A stretch of DNA of 62,542 nucleotides, the filler included, from Sphacelaria rigidula (Eukaryota): NCBI GenBank assembly GCA_964200075.2. It is 6 parts of 6 records of this genome, joined end to end, with 100 filler letters (N's around TTAATTAATTAA, not from the genome) between each part and the next. Parts side by side here need not be neighbours in the genome. Positions count along the whole stretch, not along the records: positions 41,763 to 52,102 come from CAXNAA020006693.1; positions 52,203 to 62,542 come from CAXNAA020006694.1; 4 more parts are not named here. One strand, written 5' to 3'. The notes under the pieces are model-generated. The model saw only the letters and a program-made list of their open reading frames with translations. It was not told the DNA's origin and searched no databases. Shown piece after piece: positions 48,610-62,026 of this stretch (its first letter is position 1; each line of letters opens with the position of its first letter). A program made the translations under genes and the position numbers.

Positions 48610-49644
48610 AAATCCCTGTCCGCGTCTTAGGCGGCCCAGCCTGTAGATGGTGTGAACTGGTGAGGACGCTTGGGTCAAACACGATCGCTTGCAGAGACGT
48701 TCGCTAATGCTTTCTGCGTGTGCTAGCCTGTATATTATTATGTTCTATTGCCAACAACACAACGCTGTGTTTCGTATGGGCACGTTCACCTCAGTGAATT
48801 TTGGGTGTGCTCACATCGAGATGCATTGAAACAATCAATCAATCCATCTGACGCGTGTGTCAAGCTCTCGCGTGACCATCTTTCGGCCAGGCTGAGGTCT
48901 CGAGTGACTGAGAACCGGACGGCACAAATGAACATCTCACAGGAACCTCGTTGAATCGCTTCAAAAAGATGGACGCGTGGCCATATGAAAACTGTCCATC
49001 ACGTGTAGTACGCACTTTCACATTGTCATGTGCCTGGAATGGCACAAACAGTAAACAAGGATTGACTGTGAAAACCTCAAACCCTCATGGGTGATGTGCC
49101 CCCATCACGATGGCGGGATCCACGCACCACTCCAATCACATGTGCCGTGTACGTGCTTCGCGTGCCGATAAAGCACGCCATGCTTGCAAACGTTCGTGAA
49201 CAGATGTCCAGTCCTACTTGGTGTCTGCCCATTACTCCGTTCAAGTACCGCGGCTACATGGTGAAGGTGGTACCTTCCGAAGACAATTATAGCAGTCCCG
49301 GATACTGGTGTTGGAATTTCTAGGAGACATTTCTCAAGTTGTCGGCATCCACGACCATTCCATTCTTGATTCCAGACTACTCTTTCCACGTAGCTCCTAT
49401 CGCGAGACATGTTTCAAGTTGCGGAAATACTGTGTCTGGGGGGGGGGGGGGGGGGTGCAGGTGGCTCCCGAACACATCTTAAATATCACGCACGCGTCCA
49501 CGTGCACATGAACCATCACAACCATCACTGTCAAACAAATAGCACAACGACACGTGTGGTGTGCAACTCGCTCGCACCATGTGAACGGGACAGCTCTACT
49601 GAACCACATTGTAGGGAGAATAAATGTTTCACACGTCGGACAGG

Positions 49645-50140
49645 TCATGAGCTAGCTCACCTGCGGGCTGTAGCTCACTTGTAGTCAAACATGTACATGT
49701 GAGCTACGTCCGATAGCTCACCCTGGACATATAAGAGCTGATGAGCGACGAGTTGGCAGCTCGTCCAGGACAAACATGCGTAGCTCATACAGCTCTCATA
49801 GCTCACCCAGGACGAATATGAACTGATGAGCTACGGGTTGGCAGCTCGCCCAGGACAAACATGCGTAGCTTATACAGCTCCCATAGCTCACTCAGGACGA
49901 ATATGAGCTGATAAGCTACGGGTTGGTGGCTCACGTAGGATAAACATGTGTAGGTCATGTAGCTCTCGTAGCTTATCCCGGGCAAAGATGTGTAGCTTAC
50001 GCATCTTTCATAGCTCACTCAATAGCTCACCCGAGGCAAAGATGTGTAGCTCACGCAGCCCTCACAGCTCACCAGGGCAAAACATAAGCGGATGAGCTAA
50101 GCCCGGTAGCTCACCGTAGGGATACATGCTCGTAGCTCAC
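49645..50140. repeat. Degenerate ~85-bp tandem repeat rich in TAGCTCA/TGAGCT, block 1
   Basis: ccaggacaaacatgcgtagct recurs at 49765 and 49850. Confidence 0.85.
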
Positions 50141-50332
50141 TCACGTCATGTGCCTAGAGCGCCGCTGACCAACCCGTGTCGCTCATGATTTAACATTCTC
50201 GTTCGAACGAATGACATCACATATCACTAGGTTGTGGTACTTTGTCTTACTCTTCGCGATAGGAAGAAAAAAAGTCGACACATACCCTCGTTCATTTCCG
50301 ACTAGAGCGGCACTAGAGCTGCTGCCCCCCAT

Positions 50333-50333
<1 letters not shown>

Positions 50334-50370
<37 letters not shown>
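50334..50370. repeat. (GT)n microsatellite
   Basis: About 18 GT units. Confidence 0.95.
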
Positions 50371-50371
<1 letters not shown>

Positions 50372-50549
50372 TGGCTAAGATGCGGATGACTTGTGATGCA
50401 GCCATGTTGATGTTTACAAAAAGCAAATCAATCGCTATCCGAAACGGAACACAGGTGTGCGCACATCAAACCGTCGTCACGTACGTACAATACCAACGTG
50501 CATGAGCATCGGAACAGAACATCTCCAAGATCGAAGTAGATCCCGCAAC

Positions 50550-51020
50550 TCTTTAGCTCAGCCGAGGCAATCATGTGTAGCTCATGTAGCTTTCATAGCT
50601 CATCTAGGGCAAACATGTGCTGATGAGCTACGTCCGGTAGCTCACCCAGCGCACACATATATAGCTCATGCGTCTCTCATGGCTCATCGAGGGCAAGCAT
50701 GTGTAGTTCATGCAGCTCTCATAGCTCATCCAGGGTGAACATACGTAGCTCATGCAGCTCTCATAGCTCACCCAGGACGAATATGAGCTGATGAGCTACG
50801 GCTTGGTAGCTCACCGATAGCAAACGTGCGTAGCTCATACAGCTTCTATAGCTCACTAAGGAATAGAGTTAATGAGCTACGATTGGGTAGCTCACGTAGG
50901 GCAAACATGTGAAGCTCATATAGCTCTCGTAGCGTACCCAGGGAAAACATGCGTAGCTCATGTAGCTCTCATAGCTCTCTACGAAGCTACGCAGAATGGG
51001 AGCTAGCTCGAGCTACAGGG
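50550..51020. repeat. Degenerate ~85-bp tandem repeat, block 2
   Basis: Same unit as block 1, for example ctcatagctcacccaggacgaatatgagctgatgagctacg at about 50760-50800. Confidence 0.85.
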
Positions 51021-52102
51021 AGCTGATATGTCCGACATGTGATATATTTGGTGGTCGGTCAGGACCAGTGAATATGACTAACCGTACTGGCCGCTTCAAG
51101 GTGAACACCCCAAATACATTCATCAGCAGATCCCTTTCGCAGCCCTCATCGAACATGTGCATACATGGCATCAAACTGTCCATGGCCGAATGACGAAAGT
51201 GACGAAGCCGGAGTTTTGTTCAGGGCCGTATTGGTGGCGCTACGGGGCGAACATGTGCCGTGACCAATCAGCGGCATCCAAATTGCTCTCAAAATGAAAT
51301 ATATGACGTTTTTACGCGCCGCCGCGCCCTTGTAACCCCTCATGCGTGCTCAGGGAGTTGTGCCGTCTCTACAGCAGAATTTGACTTCGTGAGAAGAAAC
51401 TGGCTTAATGGGCGATGACCACGCACAGCCGACATGCAATGTTTTTTTAATTCCGTAGGCCGTGTGGGATGACGAACTACGGCACCTGTCAGGTATGAAG
51501 CTCTTCTCACAGGCACTGCACCGACACGGGTATCACGTGTGCATTCGTAGTAGGAGTCGAGAAGAGAGCTACGACCTCACTTCTGTTGTTACAAGATGAG
51601 GCATTGAGTGTGTTGGAGCCCTTTTTGTTACGAGATAATTGTTCAGGTGTTTTGGCGTCCGTAACCCTTTCAGTACCGACCCCCGACCAAGACGCGGTTG
51701 ACCATGTGTCAGTAAAACAGTAACAGATTTGTCAGGAAACGACCTGCCCAATCACGGCGAGGCGAAATTTATCGACCACACCCGAACAACCAGCGCGGGG
51801 ATTGTTACCGAGTTTGATGTCACTGCCAAGATCGTGTGGGGGCCTTGTCCCTGGCCCAGATAAAACGCATTCGCAGGTATGCAAAGCCCGGATGCTCGGG
51901 GAACGATTTCTCGTTTTAGTTGCATTCAGCATAGCGCTCCCGTGATTTCCCGCATGTTTTCTCGGGTCGCCAGCCTGTACTAAAGCGAAGTAATTACACT
52001 TACACATGATTGGGGGGGGGGGGGGGGCGTCCTATTTTTTTTTTTGCTTTCGTCGTTCGCCCATTGATAACGAACCCCTTTATGAACGGGGACACCAAGG
52101 GG

Positions 52103-52202
52103 NNNNNNNNNNNNNNNNNNNNNNNNNNNNNNNNNNNNNNNNNNNNTTAATTAATTAANNNNNNNNNNNNNNNNNNNNNNNNNNNNNNNNNNNNNNNNNN
52201 NN
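52103..52202. other. Artificial contig spacer
   Basis: N44-TTAATTAATTAA-N44. Confidence 0.97.
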
Positions 52203-52204
52203 CA

Positions 52205-52308
52205 AAACAGCCAATCATCTATGTTGAGTATGGTGCTTTTGATTGAGGATGAGAACCCGGAGGATTAAAATCTAAAGCACCATCCTCAACATAGATGATT
52301 GGCTGTTT
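52205..52308. mobile_element. 104-bp MITE with 35-bp TIRs
   Basis: aaacagccaatcatctatgttgagtatggtgcttt (52205-52239) and aaagcaccatcctcaacatagatgattggctgttt (52274-52308), one mismatch. Confidence 0.85.
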
Positions 52309-52501
52309 CAAAATAATATGTCTATCATGAAGAGATCCTCATTCGTGTTCTCACTCACGCCCCATTTGTTGCTGCACCTGGTACGATAAACTCAGACGGA
52401 GTGGAGCACCCGTAAAAGAACGTCCGTGACAGTCCGAATTGGTGTCGGGGTACGAGCTGGGCTGGCCTAGACCTGAATTTGTGGCTTGCAGACCCCGCCT
52501 C

Positions 52502-52750
52502 ACCTCAATTTTGAGAGTTGGACTTTCGAATTTGATACGAAGAAAGAGCAGGGCGTGCTAAAAGATGTCAAGCGGGACACGAAGTTTGCTTGTTTTTTCC
52601 CGTGAGAAAGTGGCAATGATCAGTGCCTAGCTATCAGGAAAATGCCGTTAACTCATGAGAAAAAAAGTTAGTGTTGCGCTTGATATTTCTCTAGCATGTC
52701 CTATTCTTTCTCCGTTCCAAATTTCAAAGTCCAACTCTCAAAATCGAGGC
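52502..52750. mobile_element. Foldback element with ~115-bp imperfect arms
   Basis: cctcaattttgagagttggacttt pairs with aaagtccaactctcaaaatcgagg; similarity continues inward to about 52620 and 52640. Confidence 0.7.
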
Positions 52751-54393
52751 AAGACGACGAGGCGATTTAGAAACCGGGCCGGGCGAAATTCTCAACAATA
52801 TTTTCCAGGCCATTTATCGCCCTCGGTTTGGTACTTGTGTTTTGAATCTTTGTGTGGGACCTCGCTAGGTCATATACAGAACAAAAGAAGTGAGAAATGT
52901 TGGTGTTTTCACTTGTTTAGGACGTTTCAGTATGGTCAAGACCATATTTTCACGAGAACGCCCATGCCTCTCCAACAAAAAACAATCTTCGACATGCATT
53001 TGCCATTCTCCATTATACGCTTCAAATCTCAGTTCTAAAAATTGAGATGAAAAACTGAGATGAGGTCCAAAAGCATTCTCCATTTTTTCCCTAGAAGTTC
53101 CCTATATAAAGGAAGAAAACGAAACATGCTGATTTTTTTTCATCATGCAGTAGCGATTCTCCATACATACGAAATTTCACAGCACAACTCTCAAAAACTG
53201 AGACGCAACATCCAGATTTGGTGCATTTATTGCCTCTGCTCGAAATATATTGATTTTAGTATGTAAAATTAAATGCGCCATAGCTCGAGATGAATAACAA
53301 ATCAGGCGAAAGTGAGGGTATCGATCGTTTCCCCGCGCTCCAGGGAATGTGCATACCGAAAATCGTCACCTCCTGCTGTATATATCGTCTGGAGTTTCAT
53401 AGTGACTTTAGTATGGACATTATCTCCGTACGGTATAGGAATTAATAAAGATCGGACTGAATCAACGAGAAAAGAGTTATCAGACTTTTGAGCACATGGG
53501 CACCTTCCTCTAGAGCAGACGATTAATACGATATGCAGATCACGGCTCAACCCGTCTGCGCCGATGAGATATTGCTTTGAGATATTAAACCCGCGTCTAG
53601 GCCGGCCCAGCTCGTAGGGGTGCATGCACGAAATTTCTCGGATCTGAATTAGTAAGATCCCTTAATCTCATAAATAAAAATGACTCATAAAATACGTGAG
53701 AGCGCACCACGATTAGTATTGCAATGCGCAACGGATATCCCGAATGAATTATGTAACGAGGATGTCCCGACCTGTGTTCTTGTGCAGCTTCTAACTTTGG
53801 GAGCCCCTCAATGAGAGAAATAACTGGGCCCAAATGTGCAACCCCGACCGAACGGTGATCGACAGAAGGTGGGGAAATCGAGGAGGTCGCCCCAATCCCG
53901 GGTTATACGGCATGCCATTCTACGTGGCTTAATTATCGTCTCCACGTTCGAGTGATGCAAAGTTTGGGCGGGGGGAGGGGGGACTTTTGGCCATTTCTTG
54001 CACGAAATTCCACCTCAAACCGTCATTGAAAGCATCAATATCTGTTCGAACGCGCTTGTTACCACCAAGACACCCTCATTCATACCACTTGACACCGTTT
54101 CTACCCAAAAGCAAACGCACCGCGAGTACTTACGTCTTCTGACACACCCGCGAGCCCCTGTTTTTTGTGGAATCGAACACCCCCCTCCTATCGTAGCACT
54201 TGTTGATTGAACGCTTCGGGAGGTAGAAGCAAAGATCGAACTAATGGCTGACGGTTCGCAGCATTTTCTGCTCTTTTGCAGCGGCAAAAGACGATGCAAT
54301 ACAGAGGTGCTCTCTGCACAGCGTTCTCATCGCGATGAACTTTCTTCATGCTTCTGTTTCGACTTCCAATCACTCACGTGATTCATCTCTCAG

Positions 54394-57300
54394 GCAGCTA
54401 ACAGCAACGGTCTTTTCAGTCCTCCCGAGAAGATTCTCGGCGTTTCGACAAACGATGCGGCGCCTTCGATCGCTGGATTAACGGCGTCTCCCATGGACGC
54501 ATCAACAAACGCCACCACAGTCTTCATTTCTATGGACGCTCTGGGTGTAGAGTGTCGGGTGTGGTACACGATTCTACCCTTGATAGACGCGGTTCATCTT
54601 CAGATCGCGCCACAAACAGCGGACGAAATATCTGATGGTGCCAAACCAGATAACGTTGTCGCACTCCCACAGGTGGGTACTACCAAGAATTAGGATCCAG
54701 AAAGCAATGTTTCGCCCCCCCTCACTTGTGCTCTCATCTGCATAGCTTCCACATGTGATGCAATATCATCGGGGTTTGCAATAGCTACAAGTCAATACCG
54801 CACGGCCAGGGCATGTCCCAATGCCAACGTCACCGACCCACTGTTCTCGCGGCTCTCAACCTAGTCACCTGCCTTGGGAAATACCAGTACCTGTCCTCAG
54901 AGGCGCTTGAATATGCCACGCCGCGAACATGAATTTACTGTCAGCAATGTCGAACTACCGAAGTCTGCTGCTCGCCTCGAAATTTCGTTTGTGAAGGTTC
55001 TCAAGGGGAACCGCTCTCCTGGCACCATCATCAACAATCTCGAAGATGACACGTGGTATCAGGTTTCGGCGGTTGCAGAGCGTGCCGAGGGAGTTTTCTC
55101 GGAGCCAGTGTTTGCCGTTGTCAAAACTCATCGAGAGCCCGCCCCCGTCACAGAAACGACCGCCAAGCCGCTCCAGGGAACAATCGATTCTTTAACGTTG
55201 TTCTTCAGGCTTGACTGCTCCGCTGCACTTACGGGCGAGGTGTGCGGACTTCTCAGGTTTGAAATTTGTCAACGCGGGATGACAACACTGCCGTGGCAAT
55301 TGGTTTGTCACACCGTACACCGTAAAGTAGAGAACATGCGGCCAATAGGATATCACATGCGTATCCGTTCATCAGTCAAAACCTTTTATTCGCCCTCGCC
55401 CGTCACCTGCTGCATGGACATCGTTGAATAAGCGCGTGTGGGTGACGTGGGTGCCGCGCGTACATCACGAGGCAGTCGTCATAACATGCAGGGTTATCCG
55501 ACCACCTTCTTCGCCGACGTTTTCGCGTCAGGTATCAAATCTTGGAGAAGCTACCCCCCAAATCACCACCGCATGCCAAGCCCCGACAAGTCGCCCAGGG
55601 TAAACTGGCCGTCCTAGACGGGCGGGCAATGGGCCACGATGTCTCCGGGTTGTCACCTGGAAAGGCAAGGGAAGAGTTGCTGATCGCCACAGGGCTATCC
55701 TTGTCTGCGTCTTTGATCGTTCTCGGAGACAGCACCATGTTTTCATGACAGACATGGTTCGCTCTGATTTTATCTCCGTAGCTGGGGACACTTGACCAGC
55801 TAATGGAGGATTCCCTGCTTCCGATGTAGCTGATTCACACATGAAAGTTACGTTACCTTTATTCAGTACAACCACATCGTTTGACAGGCTTTCGATGAAG
55901 CCACGTCCAAGACTTCGTAGTCCAGCATACGTAGCAAGACCCTGGAATGCGTCGGACACACCAGCGCTCTCTTACTTCCGCCCTGAGCATGGTGTACAGT
56001 TGAAGCAGGATGCAAGTGTTTGTCGCAAGGTCGATTCGGATGTTGCACTTGTCAAGAAGCTCTCAGTAGCCTAGTTCCACAAAATGTCTCGCGTCGTCAG
56101 CCGTGTCAACTTTTCGCAGAGTGGGAAGAGATATTTTCCTGTCATTCGTGTGCATGCATCGCAGTTGCCCCTGACGAATCCGACTGTAGACGAATGAGCC
56201 GCTGTTCGGGCGAGGCCTGATCTTATGTTCAGTCTCACTGGTTATCCTTCTGTATGATTATATCGGAGCTGCTACCCCGTTCATGTGTGCTATCCTTGAA
56301 ATTGTCGGTGGCAGACTCACTCTATTGTCATGATCGTGGAGACGCCAGGCTCCAATGGAGCGCTTGGTCCGGCGGTAGAGGTAGAAGCCACAACATTCCA
56401 GGCCGCACCGCGGCTCGTTAAGCTGGAAGCAACTAGAAATGCTACCGATCCATCGACCGTGATGGTTCGTTACAAGCTTTCCGAGGTGAGGCGCCCATGT
56501 GTCACAACATAGCCATTCTACGGCTCGCATCCTGGCGACTGAAGTACGCTGATATTTATCGATATTTCCTCAGATTATTGTAGCAGCGTGGTCTTGGTGT
56601 GTTATCTATTTTGGCGCTGTTAATCAGGGTAGCAGGTTCAGGGTTATGAGTGAATACCTAGCGGGCAAAAGAAAAACACAGATGGGTTAAAAGTTGGTTA
56701 TGAGTGAATATTGTATGGCGGACATCATCCGTTGAGGTAAGACAGAGTGAAGTTGGCTGCGAATACGTTGATCTGACCGGGCGAAACCCACTACAATGAA
56801 AGGAAACACCACGGAACCACGGAGCCAATTCTTTACTCCTAACAACGTTGTCGTGAGATTGAGAGTAGAGTGCTGATTGAGAGTAGCTTTCATCATTCGC
56901 TTCAACTTAGCCAATTTGTCATCCCGTGTGTGCTTTTCTTGCCTTTATCACCGGCGTGTACTTACAACTACACGTCGATATTCTACTCAGGGATATCAAG
57001 GGCCTCAGTGGCAAGCTAATACACGAAACATGCAGGGTCTCGTGGTGTGGAATTTCGGAACTGAAACGATTAATTTATTCATTGACCGCTTTTTACTCTA
57101 AATCGTATCCTCTACTCTCAATCTCACGAAAACATTGTTTCCTTCGGTCACCTCATTCTTCGACGACTCACGTTTGATATCAGCCGGGCATCGTACATAT
57201 CAGTGTGGCAGAAAGAATTGGTCACCCAGTCACCATGCAAGCTGTCTTCGTCGGGAACCAGCACGGCGTAAATTTTTTTCACGACGTGGGGATCCGAGCA

Positions 57301-60300
57301 CGCGGTGACGAGGACACGGAGAAGGCTGCCTTGGTGCTAGAGGGGTCACAGGTGAGATGACTGGGGTGAGTTGTTTTGACGGCGAAGGGATAAAATAGGC
57401 GTTTCGGACTTCGTTGAAATTCAGCCTGCCTTCAAGACCTTTAACTTGATGAAAGCACTATGTTACAGAGTACATGGTTGCTCACGCATCGCCACGCCAC
57501 CCACGAGTCACCCTCGCGCGATCGCCCATGACACAATATCAACCTGCAAAATGCACCCGTACTTTGCATTGGCGTTTTCATATGATTAGCTGCTCATGCG
57601 CGACTCCATCCGAAGCAGAGACGAAACGAACCGATATTTTTGACGCTGTCATCAACGCCACAAAGACATCCCAAAACCAGAATACAGACCCGAGAGCGCA
57701 CACAGAGCCTCAAGTGTCCGTCGAACTCTTGGCCTCTGCAACAGGAGCTCCAAGGTATTGCGGCGGGATCCGCGTTCGATGTCACTGCGTGTACAGAATC
57801 CGTCTCCATAGGACACTCAAGCGGAGTGTTCGGAGAATCCTCGTATCGCACGATCGATGCCGTGCCTCCCGCACTCGTCAACGTAAGAGCACGCCCTCCG
57901 GACGCAACGACAACGGAACTACTGGTGGAATACGAGATCCTAGGCACAACGGGTAGGCTGCACTACGCCCTTGCTGAACAACCGGAGATGGATAAGGGCG
58001 GAAAGGTCAGCATGGCCGACCTTTGAACGTTTCCAGCCATCCATTGCTCCTGCGAAATTCATACCTGATACGCGATGAAGCCGACGGTTGTCGTTCGGCC
58101 TATCTTTTGCTTCAGGGATCTACGCGAGCGGTCTCCCCGAACAGCACCCTCACCAGCTATTTCAGCCAGGACAGGATGATCACCCCCTGCGATTGGAGTC
58201 TATGGGACCCAATCCCGTGTCGATTAGCGCTTCTTGTTTGCTTCTTCTAGCCAGTCCATCCGCAATACTCAAGTGCATTTGCCCCTTGCGTATGTTTCCA
58301 TGGTAACCAGGGGGACCTCTCCGCAGAGGATATTCGGTCGGCCGTGCAAGGTCAATCTGGAGTAGTTGCTGCCGGCTCGACCGTTGTTTCCCCCGGATCG
58401 GGCGGGAGCACGAGTTCCAGTGAGGGGCAGTTTGTTCCAAGACATTTCCACATCCGGGGACTTTCACCGCAAAAGGGGTATGCCGTAGTGATGTGCACGG
58501 AAGGAAATAGCGGAACTCTGTCCGCCGTGGTCACGACATTTGCGCAACCCCACGCGGAGGCTCCCTTGGTGAGTGCCACCAAAGCGTCAACCCACCTGCT
58601 CTTCTTACCTTGCAAACTGCGGAGCACACATAGCGAGGGGGGTCGTTTGATTTTCTCGCAGCGCACACTTCTATCTATTTGCAAAGTGTAGTCCGACGTG
58701 CGTTGTACCGGCGGTCTCTTATGTCCTTAAATCTCAGCAGTCGTCCATCAATTTCCATGATCGGGTACGTAGTCGACTCGCAAACCTATCAAATTTCCCA
58801 TGTAAGACAAATAGCGTCGGCTTTTATATCGACTTTGAAGATGAGGCACCAAGTTGTGTTCATCTATGAACTCAACATGTGTGACCTTGCTACGTGACTG
58901 TCAGGCCTACAATACTTCCCACTTGCTCACACTCCTTTGGTACCCACGTGCCCACCGTAGACTACGTCCGCATGGGAGAAATCCACGCTACAAGTCGCGC
59001 AGCTCCTTTCCCGACATCCATGATGTTTTCCGGAATCAGATAGCCGACGTGACGGCGGCGCCAGCGGATCGATTATCCGGAGCCCTCTGTCTCACCGTTG
59101 AACTGGAGTCGGCAGGTCTGGTGCACTTTGTCGTGCGTCGGGCGGGAAAACACGGCGACGGCGTGATTTCGGATCACGTTATTGTCTGTAAGGGGGTTTT
59201 GGACGTGAATGAAACCGTTCACCCAACAATCGCTCCTGGTGGTGCTGCGGCGACTGGAGTTGTTGGCGACAATGTTGCTGCCGTGGAGACTATCGAGGGT
59301 CTGGAACCCGGTGCTACGTATGAGGTGGGCGATTTCCGTTGGATCTGCCTTGGCTACACGGCTCTTGTGTAGGTCATCGGGATAGCGGAATATCAATACC
59401 TCATGTACATTAGCCATCCCGAAGTGATGGTGGAGTCTGAGGCATCTACAACTCGCACTGCCATACTGTGATTGCAGCAGAGAAGATTACGATCTGGCGA
59501 CCGGTGAAGATAATTCAAGTAGAGTATATTCTGTTTGAGAACGTTGGAGAATGGTTCTCACTACGATGATTATCCCCAAGAACACGCACTCTGACTACCT
59601 TCTCTGACTACCTTCCAGCCAAAGAGCGATCTTTCAAAACGATTGTGCTGGGTCAGGTGCCGGAGGTTTCCCGACAGAGAGTGTATGCCATGTAGACCGT
59701 AATAATAATGTACGCAAGGTGGTGCTGACCCTGCTGGGTTGATCTTTGGGTACACCACTCAGAGAGTCCGCCACGACAGTGCATACTTCATGGTAAAATT
59801 ATTCCGGAGTGTTCAACAGTGATACAAGTCGGTAGTTGTCGCTGGATTCTGTATCCCGTGCTGTCGTGATATATCGACTCATGTCCGACTTGCGTTGTCG
59901 TACTCCTTTCAACAGCTACCGCGAAGCCAAGGTAACCTAATCGCCGTGTTCTACACCTTATTTTCCAGATTTTTCTCGCGACGGAAACGAAGAACTCGAA
60001 CGGGGTCTACCGTGCGAGGCCCGAGGCCATGGTGGCCACCACACACCCGGTACCCCCGGTTTTCCTACAGGCTCGCGCTGGCGCCGCGGATGCCTCTGCC
60101 TCCGCTCTCGTAGTGACGACTTCACTGCCGTCACCCGCATTTGTACATTATGCGATCTTTCCAGCAGCATCATTGCAAAAACTTCCATCTCGTAATGGAA
60201 AAGACGGAAGTCCAGCAGTATCGGGCGCGAGGCCACAGAACGGAAATGAGGCAGCGGAAGAATCGGAGTGGACGGTGAGGCACGACGTCAAGGATGGTTG

Positions 60301-62026
60301 CGCTAACGCCACCGGTTCTGGGAGGGGGGCGATCGCGCTGAACGAGACAGCGGGTTTGGTGACGAGTGGGGTTATATCGGCATCGAGAAATAGCACCTCC
60401 GGCAATGGTATTCATGCGGCTGCACCAACGGTGGCGGCGACAGTAGAAGCAGAAGTCGCTAAACCATTGCCGATTTCAAATGCTGTGGGGTTGGAGGCAG
60501 GACAATCGGCGATGGATGAGGGTGAACCAGTCGAGGTGGTTTTTGATGTGGGAGGGCTTAAGGCGTCTGAGGCCTACGACTTGTGCCTCTTCTCGGAAAC
60601 TCCGGGGTCTAACGGGTGAGGGGACCGGTGCTCACAGCAAGCCATCCGTTGTCCTCGAGGTTAACCAGAGGAGCAGAGACAATAATCTATTATTTTGCCA
60701 CCTTCGCGTCGAAATGCCTTGTGATTAAGCATGCTGTTTGATCGCCGCCACAGTTTACACGAGGTAATACTCTGGCACGCAGCATACAAGGCCGCGGTGT
60801 TGATGTCAATCATGGACACTGCGAAACTTCGCCATCTTGAGACGATACCATCCCCCTGTCGTCCTCATGCGTCGCCAACTACATACATACGTATTCTGTT
60901 AGCCTGCTTGGAGCGGTGTATACGTTGCGGGAAGTGAGTACCCACGCCCCCGTTCCGGAGTTGGCCTTGGAGCGCGTGGCCTGTACGCTCGACTGCCGTG
61001 GGCTTAATCGCGACCCATGTTGGCTGAAGGCCAACAAATGCGGAGAATGTTCAGAGGGGTTTGTCGGAAAGGCTGGACACGTCAACAGCCTCTGTGGAAA
61101 GGTGAATGCGTTCCTCTGTTTAGAGCACGAGACTGCAGCACAGTGTCATTGAAACACGCCGGGTTGCTTCTCCCCCATCCCAACGATTTGTCCTAAAATC
61201 GGCCAACACCGGCGATTGACCGCCGCTCGACGCAGATTGGGCCAAATACCTAGATTTCTGACGGAACAGAGCAATGTTTCCCAGGTTGGTGATATATCCG
61301 GAGAGGTCAACAACGCATGCCACCTATTGTCGGTTTCACTTGCGCTCGTTTGAGTTGTTTTCGATCATATTACATCGCTCCTGATAACACTCAATGAAAT
61401 AATACCGACCAGGATAGGTTCCATCAGTTACTCACCAGCGAAAAAAACACAAAACACAGGCATCGCTATTGACGGAAAAGGACATGGCGCAAATGGCGGA
61501 GAGAGAAACGCAGGAAAGGCTAGAAGAATATGCCGCCAATTCTCAACAGGAAATCGCGAACAACGAAGCCATCGTCTCTCAGGGTGATGTTTCCGCCGCA
61601 AATGTTCAAACTGACGCCCAAGGAATCTCCTTGCCAGGGAATGGTACAGACATCAACGTGGGCGACATCATTGGCTCGAGCCCTTCGCGACAAACCTCGT
61701 CCGATAATGGCTCTTTGGAGGTCGGCGTAGCGGGGGCTAGTCATGGGCAGGGGGTATCAAACTTGCTCGGCGTGCCGGTAGCGGTAGGACCCAACGTCAC
61801 GAAATTTCTGTATGTGAACGTGCCCAAGAAGGGAGAAGCAGCGGCGAACAACAGCGGGACAATACAGTTTGACGCGAAAGAGGCAGCGTCGGAGCTTTGT
61901 ATCGAGCTGCACGGTCAAGTGGCGGTAGCAGCAGGGAAGGAGGAGGCGAAGGTGTGCTTAGCGTCTCTCGCTGTAGCTCTTGCGTCCAGGTGCGCGACTA
62001 TAACCACCTATGCTTCCACTTGCTGA
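54394..62026 (+). CDS. Multi-exon gene for a protein with FN3-like repeats and a Cys-rich module; 5' end not resolved. Exons: 54394-54672, 54997-55256, 55532-55664, 56315-56485, 57184-57351, 57745-58005, 58311-58568, 59040-59324, 59969-60615, 60903-61101, 61460-(61989 or 62026)
   Basis: All junctions are phase-compatible with AG acceptors and GT donors (one GC). Repeated motifs G.(V/L)HY/F, GL.P...Y, ET..SNG and TH..P. Cys module 'CRGLNRDPCWLKANKCGECSEGFVG...NSLC'. Confidence 0.8.
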
